A DNA stretch of 64,000 nucleotides from Myxococcales bacterium (lineage in GTDB: Bacteria > Desulfobacterota > Binatia > HRBIN30): NCBI GenBank assembly GCA_037445065.1, contig JBBILD010000001.1:1-64000 (forward strand), read 5' to 3'. The translations under genes and the position numbers were made by a program. Positions within the stretch are counted from its first letter, which is position 1; each line of letters starts with the position of its first letter. Of the stretch, positions 46,951 through 56,781 are shown piece by piece. The notes beneath the pieces were generated by a model. It made no database searches. It saw nothing but the letters and a program-made list of their open reading frames with translations, and was not told the DNA's origin.

Positions 46951-48099
46951 ATGAATTTAAGGCCCACAGATACTCAGGTAAACGAGTGGAGGAAGTTGTT
47001 CCCGGCAAGCGGAAATCTCGTTCATCTAAACCACGCTGGTGTGTCGCCCATTTCGCGGAAGGTGGCAGACGCTGTCTGCGCCTTTTTGCAGGATGCGCTG
47101 AACATCAGCGAAGAACGATACCGCGCGTGGGAAGAAGAATCAGAGCGCGTACGCGAGCGGTGCGCCCAGTTCATAGGTGCTAAGTACCATCAGATCGCCT
47201 TTGTGAAAAACACCTCGGAGGGGCTTTCCTTGGTTGCCGCGGGTGTTGACTGGCGTCCCGGTGACAACGTGGTGGCGGTCGAAGGAGAGTATCCATCGAA
47301 TGTGTACCCCTGGTGGGCGCTGCAGCGGAGAGGGGTGGAACTGCGCTTGGTACCGCAGCGTCAGGGTTTGGTTCACGCTCAGGATCTGGAGCAGGCTTGC
47401 GATCCTCGTACACGGGTGGTGGCGGTAAGCTTCGTGGATTGGGCCACAGGGGCGCGGAACGATTTACCGTTACTCTCACGGGTGGCTCACCGATTTGGCG
47501 CGTTGTTCTGTGTCGACGGGATCCAAGGTGTCGGAGTCCTACCCCTGAATGTTGAGGATGCTGCCATCGACTGCTTGGCGGTGGGCGGCCACAAGTGGCT
47601 TTTGGCACCGGAAGGGTGTGGCTGGCTGTACCTGTCGGATCGCGCCTTGAGCCAAGTGCAATCCGTTCTGCACGGTTGGAAGAGCGTTACCGACTGCGAT
47701 CGGTATCTTCCTTATCATTTCGAGCCACGGGCAGACGCTCTGCGTTTCGAACCTGGCAGTTTGCCGCACCTTGGAATCCGCGCTTTGGGTGCCGCAGTGG
47801 AGCTGCTCAGTGAGGTGGGTGCGGACCAAGTCTGGCAGCGGGTCCGACAACTCACGGGTGACTTGTACGATGGGCTTAAGCGCCTGGGTGCGGAGGTTAT
47901 CAGTCCTTGGCATGACGGGGCACGCTCAGGAATCGTGGTCTTCCGCGTTCCCGGCGACTGTGCGGTGTTAGTCGCGGAACTGAACCGTAGGGGCTTTGTG
48001 GTGCGGATGCGCAGTGGCGGGGTGCGCGCGGCCCCGCACTTCTATAACAGTGAGCAAGAGATCGCTCGCTTTCTGGCGGCGCTTGCAGACTTGACCTGA
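46951..48099 (+). CDS. Class V PLP-dependent enzyme (aminotransferase/lyase, without the desulfurase Cys)
   Basis: LNHAGVSP, NTSEG, EYPSN, DGIQ, GHKWLLAPEG, R..PHFYN. Confidence 0.88.
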   Translation: MNLRPTDTQVNEWRKLFPASGNLVHLNHAGVSPISRKVADAVCAFLQDALNISEERYRAWEEESERVRERCAQFIGAKYHQIAFVKNTSEGLSLVAAGVDWRPGDNVVAVEGEYPSNVYPWWALQRRGVELRLVPQRQGLVHAQDLEQACDPRTRVVAVSFVDWATGARNDLPLLSRVAHRFGALFCVDGIQGVGVLPLNVEDAAIDCLAVGGHKWLLAPEGCGWLYLSDRALSQVQSVLHGWKSVTDCDRYLPYHFEPRADALRFEPGSLPHLGIRALGAAVELLSEVGADQVWQRVRQLTGDLYDGLKRLGAEVISPWHDGARSGIVVFRVPGDCAVLVAELNRRGFVVRMRSGGVRAAPHFYNSEQEIARFLAALADLT

Positions 48100-48202
48100 C
48101 ATTCCAGTACCGAGAGCTTGCCTGGAGAGGATCAGCATGCTGGCCTGGTGCGCTGTCCACTAGCGCAAGCCCGGAACGGCGAATTGTGCTAGACGAGCGC
48201 CC

Positions 48203-50842
48203 ATGGACGCGCCCGTAGTCTCTCGAGTGGAGCAATGGTGGGAGGAGCCTGGCCCGATGACCGGGCTTGGCTGGCTCCCCCGTTGGTTCTGCAACAAATT
48301 CTTGTCTGGGGTGCGGTTAGACCCGGGCGCGGTGGAGCACATTCGGAATCTATCTCGCCAGGGCTCGGTGGTTTATGTGATGCGGTACCGCTCCCTCGTT
48401 GACTACATGCTGGTTGCTTTCGTGCTGCTGCGAGAAGGCTTGCCGCTTCCCGCATTCGTTGCTGAGGTTCCGAGCCTACTGCTTCGCCCAGTGCGAGAAA
48501 TCGCAGCGACCCTGTGGCGGCGGATTCGTGCGAGAGGATGGTTGGGCCGTGCCGCGAAGCGACTGGAGGATCTCAATCGTTGCCAGCAATTCGTTCGCCA
48601 GGGGCAACCAGTTTTGATTTTCATGCGTGGTTATGTGGGGGGATTTCCTTTGCGCGTCAGCCGGCGGGTAGCCATCCAGCGCGCTCGCTCTGGAACGGAC
48701 TACTTGCGGGAGATTGTCCACGTAGCGGCGGCAGAGAGAAAAGAAGTGTTCTTGATACCGTTAGCCGTGCTGCGTGGGAGAGGTTTCCGGAGAAAAGAGT
48801 CCCGCCTAGCCACACTAGTATACAGCGTCCAAGAAGCCCCTGGGGATCTCAAACGGCTGATCTCGCTGTGGTGGAATGCCAACCAAACGAGTCTCGTGGT
48901 GGGACGGCACGTGGCGCTGAGCGACATGCTGGAGCACTATGGCGCCGAGGGGGAAGAACGCGTGGTAAGGCGTGTCGCCCGGGCGCTGCAAATCTTTCTG
49001 TACCGAGAGGAGAAACTCGTTTGGGGTCCGACCTTACTGCCGAAGCGGATGGTGCGTCAAATCGTGCTGCAGCATCCCGAGGTCACGCAAACGGTACGGC
49101 GGTTGGCGCGCGAGACTGGCCAGGCGGAGTCCAAACTGTGGCGGTTGGCTGAAAGATACTTCGACGAGATGGCGGCAAATTACCAGGGAGCGTTTTTCGC
49201 TTTTCTCGAGTTTCTCTTCAATCGCATCTGGCCGCGCATCTTCCAGGGCTTGGATTACCGGGGCTTGGACAAGGTGATCGAGTGCGTCAAACAGCACCCT
49301 GTTGTGCTGGTCCCCTGCCACCGGAGCCACTTTGATTACCTCATCCTCTCGTACATTTTTCACATCAACTACATGAGCCCACCGCATATCGCGGCTGGCA
49401 TCAATCTTTCCTTCTGGCCGTTGGGACCGCTGTTTCGTGGCGCGGGTGCGTACTTCATCCGGCGCTCGTTCGATAATGACCCTCTCTACAAAGCGGTCTT
49501 CCGCAGCTACCTCACGTTCCTGATTCGTGAAGGGTACACGCAGGAGTTTTTCATCGAGGGAGGCCGGAGCCGAACAGGAAAAATCCTGACGCCCAAGCTC
49601 GGCATGCTCTCAGCAATTGTCAACGCGTTCGTGTCTGGGGTGCGGCGGGATTTGTACCTGGTTCCGGTGTCGATTCAGTACGGCCGGGTCGTCGAGGAAG
49701 AAGCTTACAAGCGAGAGTTGACCGGTGCAGAAAAAGAGCGCGAGTCGTTGTGGGCGTTGCTCAAGGCGCGGGCGGTCCTGGGGCAAAACCGCGGTACTAT
49801 CTACGTCACGTTTGCTGACCCGATCTCATTGCGAGAGGCGCTGGGCGATCGTTTAGAGCGTTTTCGGGACTTGGCCGGAGACCCTCAAGTCGAAGAGGAA
49901 AAACGAAGATTCATCCAAAAGCTGGGGTTCCGAGTGCTGCGCGCCGTGAATGAGGTCGCGGTAGCTGGGGCAACCGCCGTGAGTGCTACGGTGTTGCTGA
50001 GCCGCACAGAGGCTGCCTGGCGTTACGAGGACTTCCTTGCACGGGCTCAGGCGCTTGTCCGGTTTCTGCGGTTCCGGGGCGTAACGTTGACTGCTTCGCT
50101 CGAGCGCAATGTCCACGACTTTTTGGAGAACCTTGCTTTCTTAGAGAGCGGCGGTCTGATTCGCCGGCTGACGGGTGACGGGGTCGCCATCCACGTTCCA
50201 GCTGAGAAACGGATGAACTTGGATTTTTACAAGAACAACATCATCCATTTTTTCCTGGTTCCTGCTCTACTGTCAGCAAGCCTCGCGCGTGGTTTCAGGG
50301 GAGAAGAACTGGAGCAGGAGATTCTTTGGTGGCTGGATTTCTACCGCTGGGAGTTTCCTCTTCCGGAGAAAGAAACCGTGCCACGGGAGATCGCTTCCTT
50401 GATCGAGTATTATCGCGCGGAAGGCGCTTGGCGGGACACGGGTGGCGGCTGGGTGGAGAGAACCCACCCGTTTGTAGCGACCACAGAGCGGCTCTTGGAC
50501 AACTTTTGCGAAGCGTACTGGATTGTGGGCCGCACGTTGTTGCACCTGCCGCGAGAAGGCATGAGCTGGAAGAGCGTTTTGGTTCAAGCACGCAAGAAGT
50601 TCGAGACCGCCCTCTTGCTCGGCGAGGCAAAACACCCAGAAGGCTGTTCTTCGGTGGTCTTCGAAAACGCAATCCACCGGTTTGCGGAGCTGAAATTTGT
50701 TCGGGTTGTTGGCGAACGCCGCGACCGCTCCGTGATCCCAGCCGACCATGCTGCCCAACTACCGCCATTGCTGGAGAGGCTGCGTCGCCAACTTCAGGAT
50801 CGGGAGGCGTTCTCGGCGCAAGCTGTGGCGAGCGGCGAATGA
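48203..50842 (+). CDS. plsB: Glycerol-3-phosphate O-acyltransferase
   Basis: PCHRSHFDY (HxxxxD), AAG.NL, GAYFIRR, FFIEGGRSRTGK, YKNNIIH. Confidence 0.9.
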   Translation: MDAPVVSRVEQWWEEPGPMTGLGWLPRWFCNKFLSGVRLDPGAVEHIRNLSRQGSVVYVMRYRSLVDYMLVAFVLLREGLPLPAFVAEVPSLLLRPVREIAATLWRRIRARGWLGRAAKRLEDLNRCQQFVRQGQPVLIFMRGYVGGFPLRVSRRVAIQRARSGTDYLREIVHVAAAERKEVFLIPLAVLRGRGFRRKESRLATLVYSVQEAPGDLKRLISLWWNANQTSLVVGRHVALSDMLEHYGAEGEERVVRRVARALQIFLYREEKLVWGPTLLPKRMVRQIVLQHPEVTQTVRRLARETGQAESKLWRLAERYFDEMAANYQGAFFAFLEFLFNRIWPRIFQGLDYRGLDKVIECVKQHPVVLVPCHRSHFDYLILSYIFHINYMSPPHIAAGINLSFWPLGPLFRGAGAYFIRRSFDNDPLYKAVFRSYLTFLIREGYTQEFFIEGGRSRTGKILTPKLGMLSAIVNAFVSGVRRDLYLVPVSIQYGRVVEEEAYKRELTGAEKERESLWALLKARAVLGQNRGTIYVTFADPISLREALGDRLERFRDLAGDPQVEEEKRRFIQKLGFRVLRAVNEVAVAGATAVSATVLLSRTEAAWRYEDFLARAQALVRFLRFRGVTLTASLERNVHDFLENLAFLESGGLIRRLTGDGVAIHVPAEKRMNLDFYKNNIIHFFLVPALLSASLARGFRGEELEQEILWWLDFYRWEFPLPEKETVPREIASLIEYYRAEGAWRDTGGGWVERTHPFVATTERLLDNFCEAYWIVGRTLLHLPREGMSWKSVLVQARKKFETALLLGEAKHPEGCSSVVFENAIHRFAELKFVRVVGERRDRSVIPADHAAQLPPLLERLRRQLQDREAFSAQAVASGE

Positions 50843-50900
50843 GCAGAAATCTCCGCGAGGAGCGAGAAATGAGAAGCCGTGCTTATGGGAGGTGTGCTCG

Positions 50901-51416
50901 ATGACGCGACGTCGAGCGGGTTTGTCGTTGTCTTTATCTGCCGGTTTGTTGCTCGCCGGTGCGTGCCACACGAAACAAACCTCGGAGGTACTGGTTCGTG
51001 TCGAGGCGGTTGCGTTTGACCGTGCCTCGCAGTCCCCAGTGCTGGTGTTGCAGGAAGAAAAGGGAGAGCGCCGCCTGCCCATTTGGATTGGCCCCGCGGA
51101 GGCGCACGCGATTGCCTTGGAGCTCGAACGGATTACGCCTGCGCGCCCGCTCACGCACGATCTGATGAAGGCTGTCCTTGAGCGCACCGGGGCTTTGGTG
51201 GAAAAGGTGGTCGTGACCGACCTGCGCGACGGCATTTATTACGCTCGAATCTTCCTGCGGTCCGGGAGGCAAGTTGTTGAACTGGACAGCCGTCCGAGCG
51301 ATGCGGTTGCGCTAGCTGTGCGAGTCAAGAGTCCGATCTATGTCGCACCTGCTGTGTTCGAGGCTAGTAAGGGCTCTCCGGCTCGGGAAGGAGGAGAGCC
51401 TGACCTCCGGGTCTGA
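50901..51416 (+). CDS. Bifunctional nuclease family (DUF151) protein with predicted lipoprotein signal
   Basis: LPIWIG..EA.AI, RPLTHDL, DSRPSDAVALAVR; N-terminal MTRRR...LLLAGAC. Confidence 0.88.
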   Translation: MTRRRAGLSLSLSAGLLLAGACHTKQTSEVLVRVEAVAFDRASQSPVLVLQEEKGERRLPIWIGPAEAHAIALELERITPARPLTHDLMKAVLERTGALVEKVVVTDLRDGIYYARIFLRSGRQVVELDSRPSDAVALAVRVKSPIYVAPAVFEASKGSPAREGGEPDLRV

Positions 51417-51743
51417 AAATGACGACTCGGGGAACGTGGACCAGCCCCAGCCGTCTGTCGCTTGTGGCGGGCTCGTCGCTTCGTGCCGGAACGCACCTGA
51501 CACATTTCTGTGGTCAGCAAGATCCAGCTAGCGTACGGCGCTTGACCATCGTCTGGCCAGAGTTCCAGTTGGAGACTCATTCTGGTTTGCCGCGTGAGGC
51601 AATGACTTCCGGGTCACAGAAACATGCCGGTCCATCAGCCAGCCGTTTGCGAAGCATGATTCGACTTCATCGAAGGGGCCCTACACGGACGGACGATGTT
51701 TTGCGATGTGCATCGGTACGGGGATTTTGAGGACGGTTGAAAG

Positions 51744-52676
51744 ATGTTACGGCGGGACGGCACCATTCATTTGCTCGCCACAGTCACTCTCGGCCTGAGC
51801 TTCGTTTTAGTAGCCGTCGGAGGCTTGGTGACGAATACCGGCTCGGCGCTCGCGGTGCCGGATTGGCCGACGACGTTTGGCTACAACATGTTCACTTACC
51901 CGGTTTCCGAGTGGAAAGGCGGGGTGCTGTACGAACACTCTCACCGGTTGTTGGGCAGCGCCGTGGGCTTGTGCACCATTTTGCTAACGATTGCGGCTTG
52001 GCGGTGGGCGACTCGGAGGGTGATTCGGTGGCTTTCGGTCGCGGTCTTGGCCGCCGTCATCGTGCAGGGGGTGCTCGGCGGCCTGCGGGTCGTTCTGCTC
52101 GAGCATTCTCTCGCGATCGTGCACGGTTGCTTTGCGCAAGCCTTTTTGGGTCTGTTGGCTGTGCTGTGGGCTCTCAGCGCCCCTTCGTGGAGGGACAAAC
52201 CGGTTTCTCCCGGGATTGCGCTGAAGCTGAAATGGATTCCGGCGGTGCTGTTCGCTCTCTTCCCCGTGGCTCTATACTCGCAGATCGTGTTGGGGGCTTT
52301 TTTAACCCACAGGGGCGTCTACCTCTGGTATCACATTAGCGGCGCGGGAGTGACGTCCTTGCTGGCGTTTCTTTTGGTTGGTTGGATCTTGAGGGTACGC
52401 TTTGAGGACCCCGCACTCCGCCGCCCTGCCCTAGCGGCGGCGGGGCTGCTCACCCTGCAATTGAGTTTGGGGTTGCTGGCCTACCTTTGGCACTTCGAGG
52501 GTATGCATCAGCGCGTGCCTTTTGAGGCTGGACTTGCGCTTCTAGCTGGGCACCGAATCACCGGCAGCTTGTTATGGGTACTGTCGGTGGTGCTGTGCGT
52601 GCGGTACTTTGGCTCGACTGTTCGCGTACCGCGGGTCGAGCCTCGAATCGGGCTGCGTTCCCCTGTCGGGACATGA
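51744..52676 (+). CDS. ctaA: Heme A synthase (COX15/CtaA)
   Basis: GG.VT..GS.LAVPDWP, EHSHR, QGVLGG, VHG, conserved His residues; multi-TM. Confidence 0.88.
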   Translation: MLRRDGTIHLLATVTLGLSFVLVAVGGLVTNTGSALAVPDWPTTFGYNMFTYPVSEWKGGVLYEHSHRLLGSAVGLCTILLTIAAWRWATRRVIRWLSVAVLAAVIVQGVLGGLRVVLLEHSLAIVHGCFAQAFLGLLAVLWALSAPSWRDKPVSPGIALKLKWIPAVLFALFPVALYSQIVLGAFLTHRGVYLWYHISGAGVTSLLAFLLVGWILRVRFEDPALRRPALAAAGLLTLQLSLGLLAYLWHFEGMHQRVPFEAGLALLAGHRITGSLLWVLSVVLCVRYFGSTVRVPRVEPRIGLRSPVGT

Positions 52677-53596
52677 TGGAACCACTCTCTCGGACCGCAG
52701 ATGTCCTCCCAAATGTCGGCCGGCGCCTGCGCAGGCTCTGGGATTTCGTAGAACTCGGTAAACCTAGGCTTATGTTAATGGTGCTGGTGACAACAGGCGT
52801 GGGCTATTACATGGGTGCCGAGTCCTGGGACGCTATAACGGGTTTGGCTCCATTGCTGCTGGGTACCGCACTTTCGGCTTCTGGGGCGTTGGCCCTGAAC
52901 CAGTACATGGAACGCGAAGTCGACGCGCGGATGCCACGCACGAGCACCCGGCCGCTGCCCGCGGGTCGGCTCACGCCAGGAGAGGCCTTCAACTTTGGGT
53001 TCGTTTTAGCCTTGCTGGGGCTCGTCTACTTGGCCGTTGCTTCGGGATGGCTCGTTGCCGTGATTACCGCGACCACCATTTTGAGCTATTTGCTGGCTTA
53101 CACTCCTCTGAAGTTGCGCAGTCCGATGTCGACCATCATCGGGGCCATTCCTGGTGCGCTTCCCCCGGTGGCAGGTTGGGCGGCGGCTCGTGGCGAGGTC
53201 GAATTCGAGGCGGGTATCTTGTTTGCCATTTTGTTCCTTTGGCAACTGCCGCACGCCTTGGCGATTGCGGAATTGTACCGGGACGACTATGCGCGAGCAG
53301 GAATCCAGGTTTTGCCTGTCGTCGAGCACGATGCCGGCGCAACTGCTCGTCAGATGGCCGTCCAAACCCTGGTTCTGGCCGCCGTTGCCCTGCTGCCTTG
53401 GGCAGTCGGGATGACCGGAAGAACGTATGCGGTTGTCGCGGCAAGCGCGGGGGGCATTTTTGCGGCGGCGGCTTTTCGCTGTGTTCGGCATCCTGGGAAC
53501 GCTGCGGCGGCGAAAGCGTTGCTGTTTGTGTCGTTGGCGTATCTTCCTGTGATCCTGTTGGCTATGGCGCTGGATCGCCGCTTGCCGCTCTACTGA
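52673..53596 (+). CDS. ctaB: Protoheme IX farnesyltransferase (heme O synthase)
   Basis: KPRL, NQYMERE.D..M.RT..RPLP, YTPLK, GAIPGALPP, WQLPH, DY..AG; ATGA overlap with ctaA. Confidence 0.93.
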   Translation: MMEPLSRTADVLPNVGRRLRRLWDFVELGKPRLMLMVLVTTGVGYYMGAESWDAITGLAPLLLGTALSASGALALNQYMEREVDARMPRTSTRPLPAGRLTPGEAFNFGFVLALLGLVYLAVASGWLVAVITATTILSYLLAYTPLKLRSPMSTIIGAIPGALPPVAGWAAARGEVEFEAGILFAILFLWQLPHALAIAELYRDDYARAGIQVLPVVEHDAGATARQMAVQTLVLAAVALLPWAVGMTGRTYAVVAASAGGIFAAAAFRCVRHPGNAAAAKALLFVSLAYLPVILLAMALDRRLPLY

Positions 53597-53673
53597 GATG
53601 GGTGGACGGCTCAGGTTCGGGAACGGGTCCGTTTGAGCGAAGCGCGCGAGAGCTGTTCATTGGGTGCAGGGAA

Positions 53674-54282
53674 GTGCGTAGGCTGTTTTTTCTAGGACTG
53701 TTTCTGCTCTCCGTGGCTGGTCCGCTCTGGGTAGCTTGGCAGCGCGTGAGTTGGTGGGTACGGCCTTCGCTGCCTGTGCTCTCCCACTTGCCGGCAGAGT
53801 TCGAGCTGGTCGATCACGAGGGCCGGCATTTGGGAAGCGGGGAACTGAGAGGCAAGGTTTGGGTAGCCAATTTTATTTTTACGCGTTGCCGGGGGATTTG
53901 CCCAGCGCTGACAACACACATGCGAGCACTGGTCAGTCAGTGTGGTGAGGACCCCGCAGTCTGGTTCGTGTCGGTTTCCGTTGATCCCTCCTACGACACC
54001 CCAGATGTTCTGGCGCGGTACGCTCGGGAGCACGGCGTCCGATCGGACCGTTGGCGTTTTTTCACCGGGGACCGAGAGAAAATCGTCGAACTTGTGCGCC
54101 GAGGCTTTTTGCTCGGTGTCGAGCCGAGTCTGGATCCGAACGAGCCAATTGTGCACAGCAACCGCTTCGCCCTGGTTGATCGCCAGTTGCGGGTCCGAGC
54201 CTATCACCAGCCGACGGAACAAGACTTTGTTCAGGCCGTCTGCGAGGACCTTAGTCGTCTCGTCAATGAGCCGAGTCGCTGA
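53674..54282 (+). CDS. SCO family copper chaperone
   Basis: TM anchor; FIFTRCRGICP (CxxxC), SVDP..DTP, HS..F.LVD; start GTG 53674 or 53602. Confidence 0.9.
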   Translation: MRRLFFLGLFLLSVAGPLWVAWQRVSWWVRPSLPVLSHLPAEFELVDHEGRHLGSGELRGKVWVANFIFTRCRGICPALTTHMRALVSQCGEDPAVWFVSVSVDPSYDTPDVLARYAREHGVRSDRWRFFTGDREKIVELVRRGFLLGVEPSLDPNEPIVHSNRFALVDRQLRVRAYHQPTEQDFVQAVCEDLSRLVNEPSR

Positions 54283-56431
54283 CCAGAAAGGCTGCTGATG
54301 GGCGGTACAGCTGCTCGTAATAGTCTCGAACCATGCGGCGGGCGCTGAAGCGGCCGATCAAGGTTCGCATCGAGCGCTTCATTTTTGCGATCCAGCCCGC
54401 AGGCAGGCCTTGGTCGTTTCGCTGATAAAACAGTGGGATTACTTCATCGCGCAAGAGGCGCAGTAGCTCGGAGGCGTCGTGTTCGTCCTGCGAGTGCGGG
54501 TCAGACTCTGGTGAACGAATGGCCCACCCGTTATGGCCGTCGTAAGCCTCGTCCCACCAGCCGTCGAGCACGCTCAAGTTCAGCCCGCCGTTAACTGCCA
54601 CTTTCATTCCGGAGGTGCCGCTCGCCTCCAGCGGCGGCCTGGGGAGATTCAGCCAAAGATCAACTCCGGCGACAATCTGCGCTGCCATTCCGGCATCGTA
54701 GTCTTCGAGAAACACCACACGCCGTCCCACTTCCTGGGCGTTTTTAAGCTGGAAGCGGTTCCGCAAATCCTCCTTGGCTTCGTGATCCGCCGGGTGGGCT
54801 TTACCGGCAAGGATGACCTGGATCGGGGTCTTTTGCAGATCCAGGCTTGTGAACAGTCCATTTTCCGAGAGGCGTGCGAGCAGATAGAGCCGTTTGTAAC
54901 CAACCACACGACGGGCAAACCCAATGGTGAGGGCGTCTGCGCAAAAGGTTTCACAGGCTGCCATTACGTAGCCGGGGTCCTCGCCTCGGCTCAGGCGGTC
55001 CCGCACTGATTTCGTGCGCACGTAATCCACCAAGAGCTTGCGTTGTGCACAGCGTGCCTCCCAGAGTTCCGCATCAGGAATCTCTTCAATTTTCTCCAGC
55101 ACACTTGGATCCAGACAACGCTGTTCCCAGTCCTCGCCGAGGTATTTGCGAAGTAATGCCTGCACCGATGCACCCATCCACGTGAGGGAGTGCACCCCGT
55201 TTGTGACATGACCGATGGGCACCCGATCCACGCTCGCCTCAGGCCAGAGGGTGCGCCAGAGTTGGCGCGACACGGCGCCATGTTTCTTCGACACGCCGAC
55301 GGCCTTTTCGGAAAGCCGCAAAGCGAGGGGCGTAATGCTGACCGTTTCTTCGCCGCTGCCGGGCGTAATGCGGCCCAGGTCCAAGAAGCTTTGTTCCGGA
55401 ATTCTTGCTGCTTTGAGATAAGCTCCAAGTGCTGCAACCCACTCGTGTGGGTGATACCCTTCGTTGCCCGCTGGCACGGGAGTGTGGGTGGTGAACACGG
55501 TTTCTTTCCGAACCCCAGCGAGCGCGACCTCAAATGAGGCGCCTTGCTGGATGCGCTGGCGTATTCGTTCGATTGCGCTCAGCGCAGCGTGGCCTTCGTT
55601 GAGGTGAATCACAGCTGGCTCGATGCCCATGGCGGAGAGGGCACGAACTCCACCGATGCCAAGCAACGCGTACTGCGCGAGCCGAAGCTGGCGGTCGCTC
55701 ACGTAGAGGCGTGACGTGATCCAGCGGTCCGCGGGGTGATTCCGCTCGTGGTCCGCGTCAAGGAGGTAAAGGCGGGTCCGGCCGACATCGATGCGCCAGA
55801 TGTACGCAGAGACGTCGCGACCGCGAATGGGCACGACGATTTCGAGTGGTTGCCCGTCGGCGTCGGTGACCCGCACAGCGGGAAGGCGTTCGAACAACAG
55901 GTCAACCCAATACTCGTGCTGCCAGCCCCAGGGGTCCAGTCGCTGGTGAAAGTACCCCTGCCGGTAGAATAGGCCGACCCCGACGAACGGTAACCGTAAA
56001 TCCGAGGCAGCTTTCAAAATGTCCCCAGCAAGCACGCCGAGACCACCGCTGTAAATAGGTACCGATTCATGAAAGCCGAACTCTGCGCAGAAGTAAGCAA
56101 TCGGCCGAAGTACTCCCTCCTTGCCCGTTTGCAGGGAGGGGAGGTCGGAACGACAGGCGTCAAACAGCGCGCTGACTCGTGCCACGAACTGAGGGTCCCG
56201 CGCCAGCGCGCGCAATCGAGCGACATCGGCAAGCATCAGGAGTTTGCGAGGATTACGCTTGCAGTGCAACCAAAGACGCTGGTCCAACTGAGCGAAAGTT
56301 TCTTCTCCCCCGGGCGCCCAGCTCCACCGATAATTCATCGCGAGATCAGCCAGGTGAGCGAACTCCGAAGGCAACCGCTCGCGCAGGTCTTGGATTGCAG
56401 CCACGATGTCTCGTGTTCCATCGTTTCTCAT
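54263..56431 (-). CDS. glgP: Alpha-glucan (glycogen/maltodextrin) phosphorylase
   Basis: AYFCAEFG, YSGGLGVLAGD, HLNEGH, FTTHTP, TNGVH, AGKAHP, EASGTSGMK (PLP Lys); GGAGG RBS before ATG 56431. Confidence 0.95.
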   Translation of the reverse strand: MRNDGTRDIVAAIQDLRERLPSEFAHLADLAMNYRWSWAPGGEETFAQLDQRLWLHCKRNPRKLLMLADVARLRALARDPQFVARVSALFDACRSDLPSLQTGKEGVLRPIAYFCAEFGFHESVPIYSGGLGVLAGDILKAASDLRLPFVGVGLFYRQGYFHQRLDPWGWQHEYWVDLLFERLPAVRVTDADGQPLEIVVPIRGRDVSAYIWRIDVGRTRLYLLDADHERNHPADRWITSRLYVSDRQLRLAQYALLGIGGVRALSAMGIEPAVIHLNEGHAALSAIERIRQRIQQGASFEVALAGVRKETVFTTHTPVPAGNEGYHPHEWVAALGAYLKAARIPEQSFLDLGRITPGSGEETVSITPLALRLSEKAVGVSKKHGAVSRQLWRTLWPEASVDRVPIGHVTNGVHSLTWMGASVQALLRKYLGEDWEQRCLDPSVLEKIEEIPDAELWEARCAQRKLLVDYVRTKSVRDRLSRGEDPGYVMAACETFCADALTIGFARRVVGYKRLYLLARLSENGLFTSLDLQKTPIQVILAGKAHPADHEAKEDLRNRFQLKNAQEVGRRVVFLEDYDAGMAAQIVAGVDLWLNLPRPPLEASGTSGMKVAVNGGLNLSVLDGWWDEAYDGHNGWAIRSPESDPHSQDEHDASELLRLLRDEVIPLFYQRNDQGLPAGWIAKMKRSMRTLIGRFSARRMVRDYYEQLYRPSAAFLVSDSAH

Positions 56432-56781
56432 CGTTGCCTCCCAGACCCCAGCTTCCGCCGATGGATGCTGGTCTCCGCCGTAGGCGGAGACCCAAAGCTG
56501 CAACAGGATCTCATTCCGGTAACATGTTGCAGTGTGCCTGGATGGCGGCGCTGACACAAGCGCTTTCTCAGCCGGCTTATCCGGGTAACCTCGGTCACCG
56601 TCGCTTGCAACGCGTCGTGCACTCGGGGTGTCATGCGGGCGGGTATGTTTTCGTCGTTCGGCGCCAACCGCGTCATCGTTTTGTCGGGCGTGCCCCTCGT
56701 GGCTCGACGTTGCCTCGGGCTCCGCGCCCACTTGGCTTTGGAACGTGGCTTGAATCACCTGTTTTCGTTTCGGGGCAAGCG

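Noticed and set aside
46951..48099. Cysteine desulfurase (SufS/IscS) call
   Set aside because: The catalytic Cys loop (RxGxHCA or SSGSAC) is absent; the sequence reads RMRSGGVR.
51419..51730. 103-aa ORF between DUF151 and ctaA
   Set aside because: No RBS and an Arg/Ser-rich non-protein-like composition; probably the promoter region.
53047..53673. Fusion or long extension on the SCO protein
   Set aside because: The upstream part overlaps ctaB in another frame; SCO homology starts near 53674.
56700..56714. Sigma54 promoter upstream of the DUF11 gene (TGGCTC...TTGC)
   Set aside because: GG-GC spacing is one base short of the strict requirement.
56179..56781. Long N-terminal extensions of the DUF11 and glgP ORFs overlapping each other
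   Set aside because: Low-complexity translations; homology and the RBS or signal peptide begin at 56782 or later (plus strand) and 56431 (minus strand).
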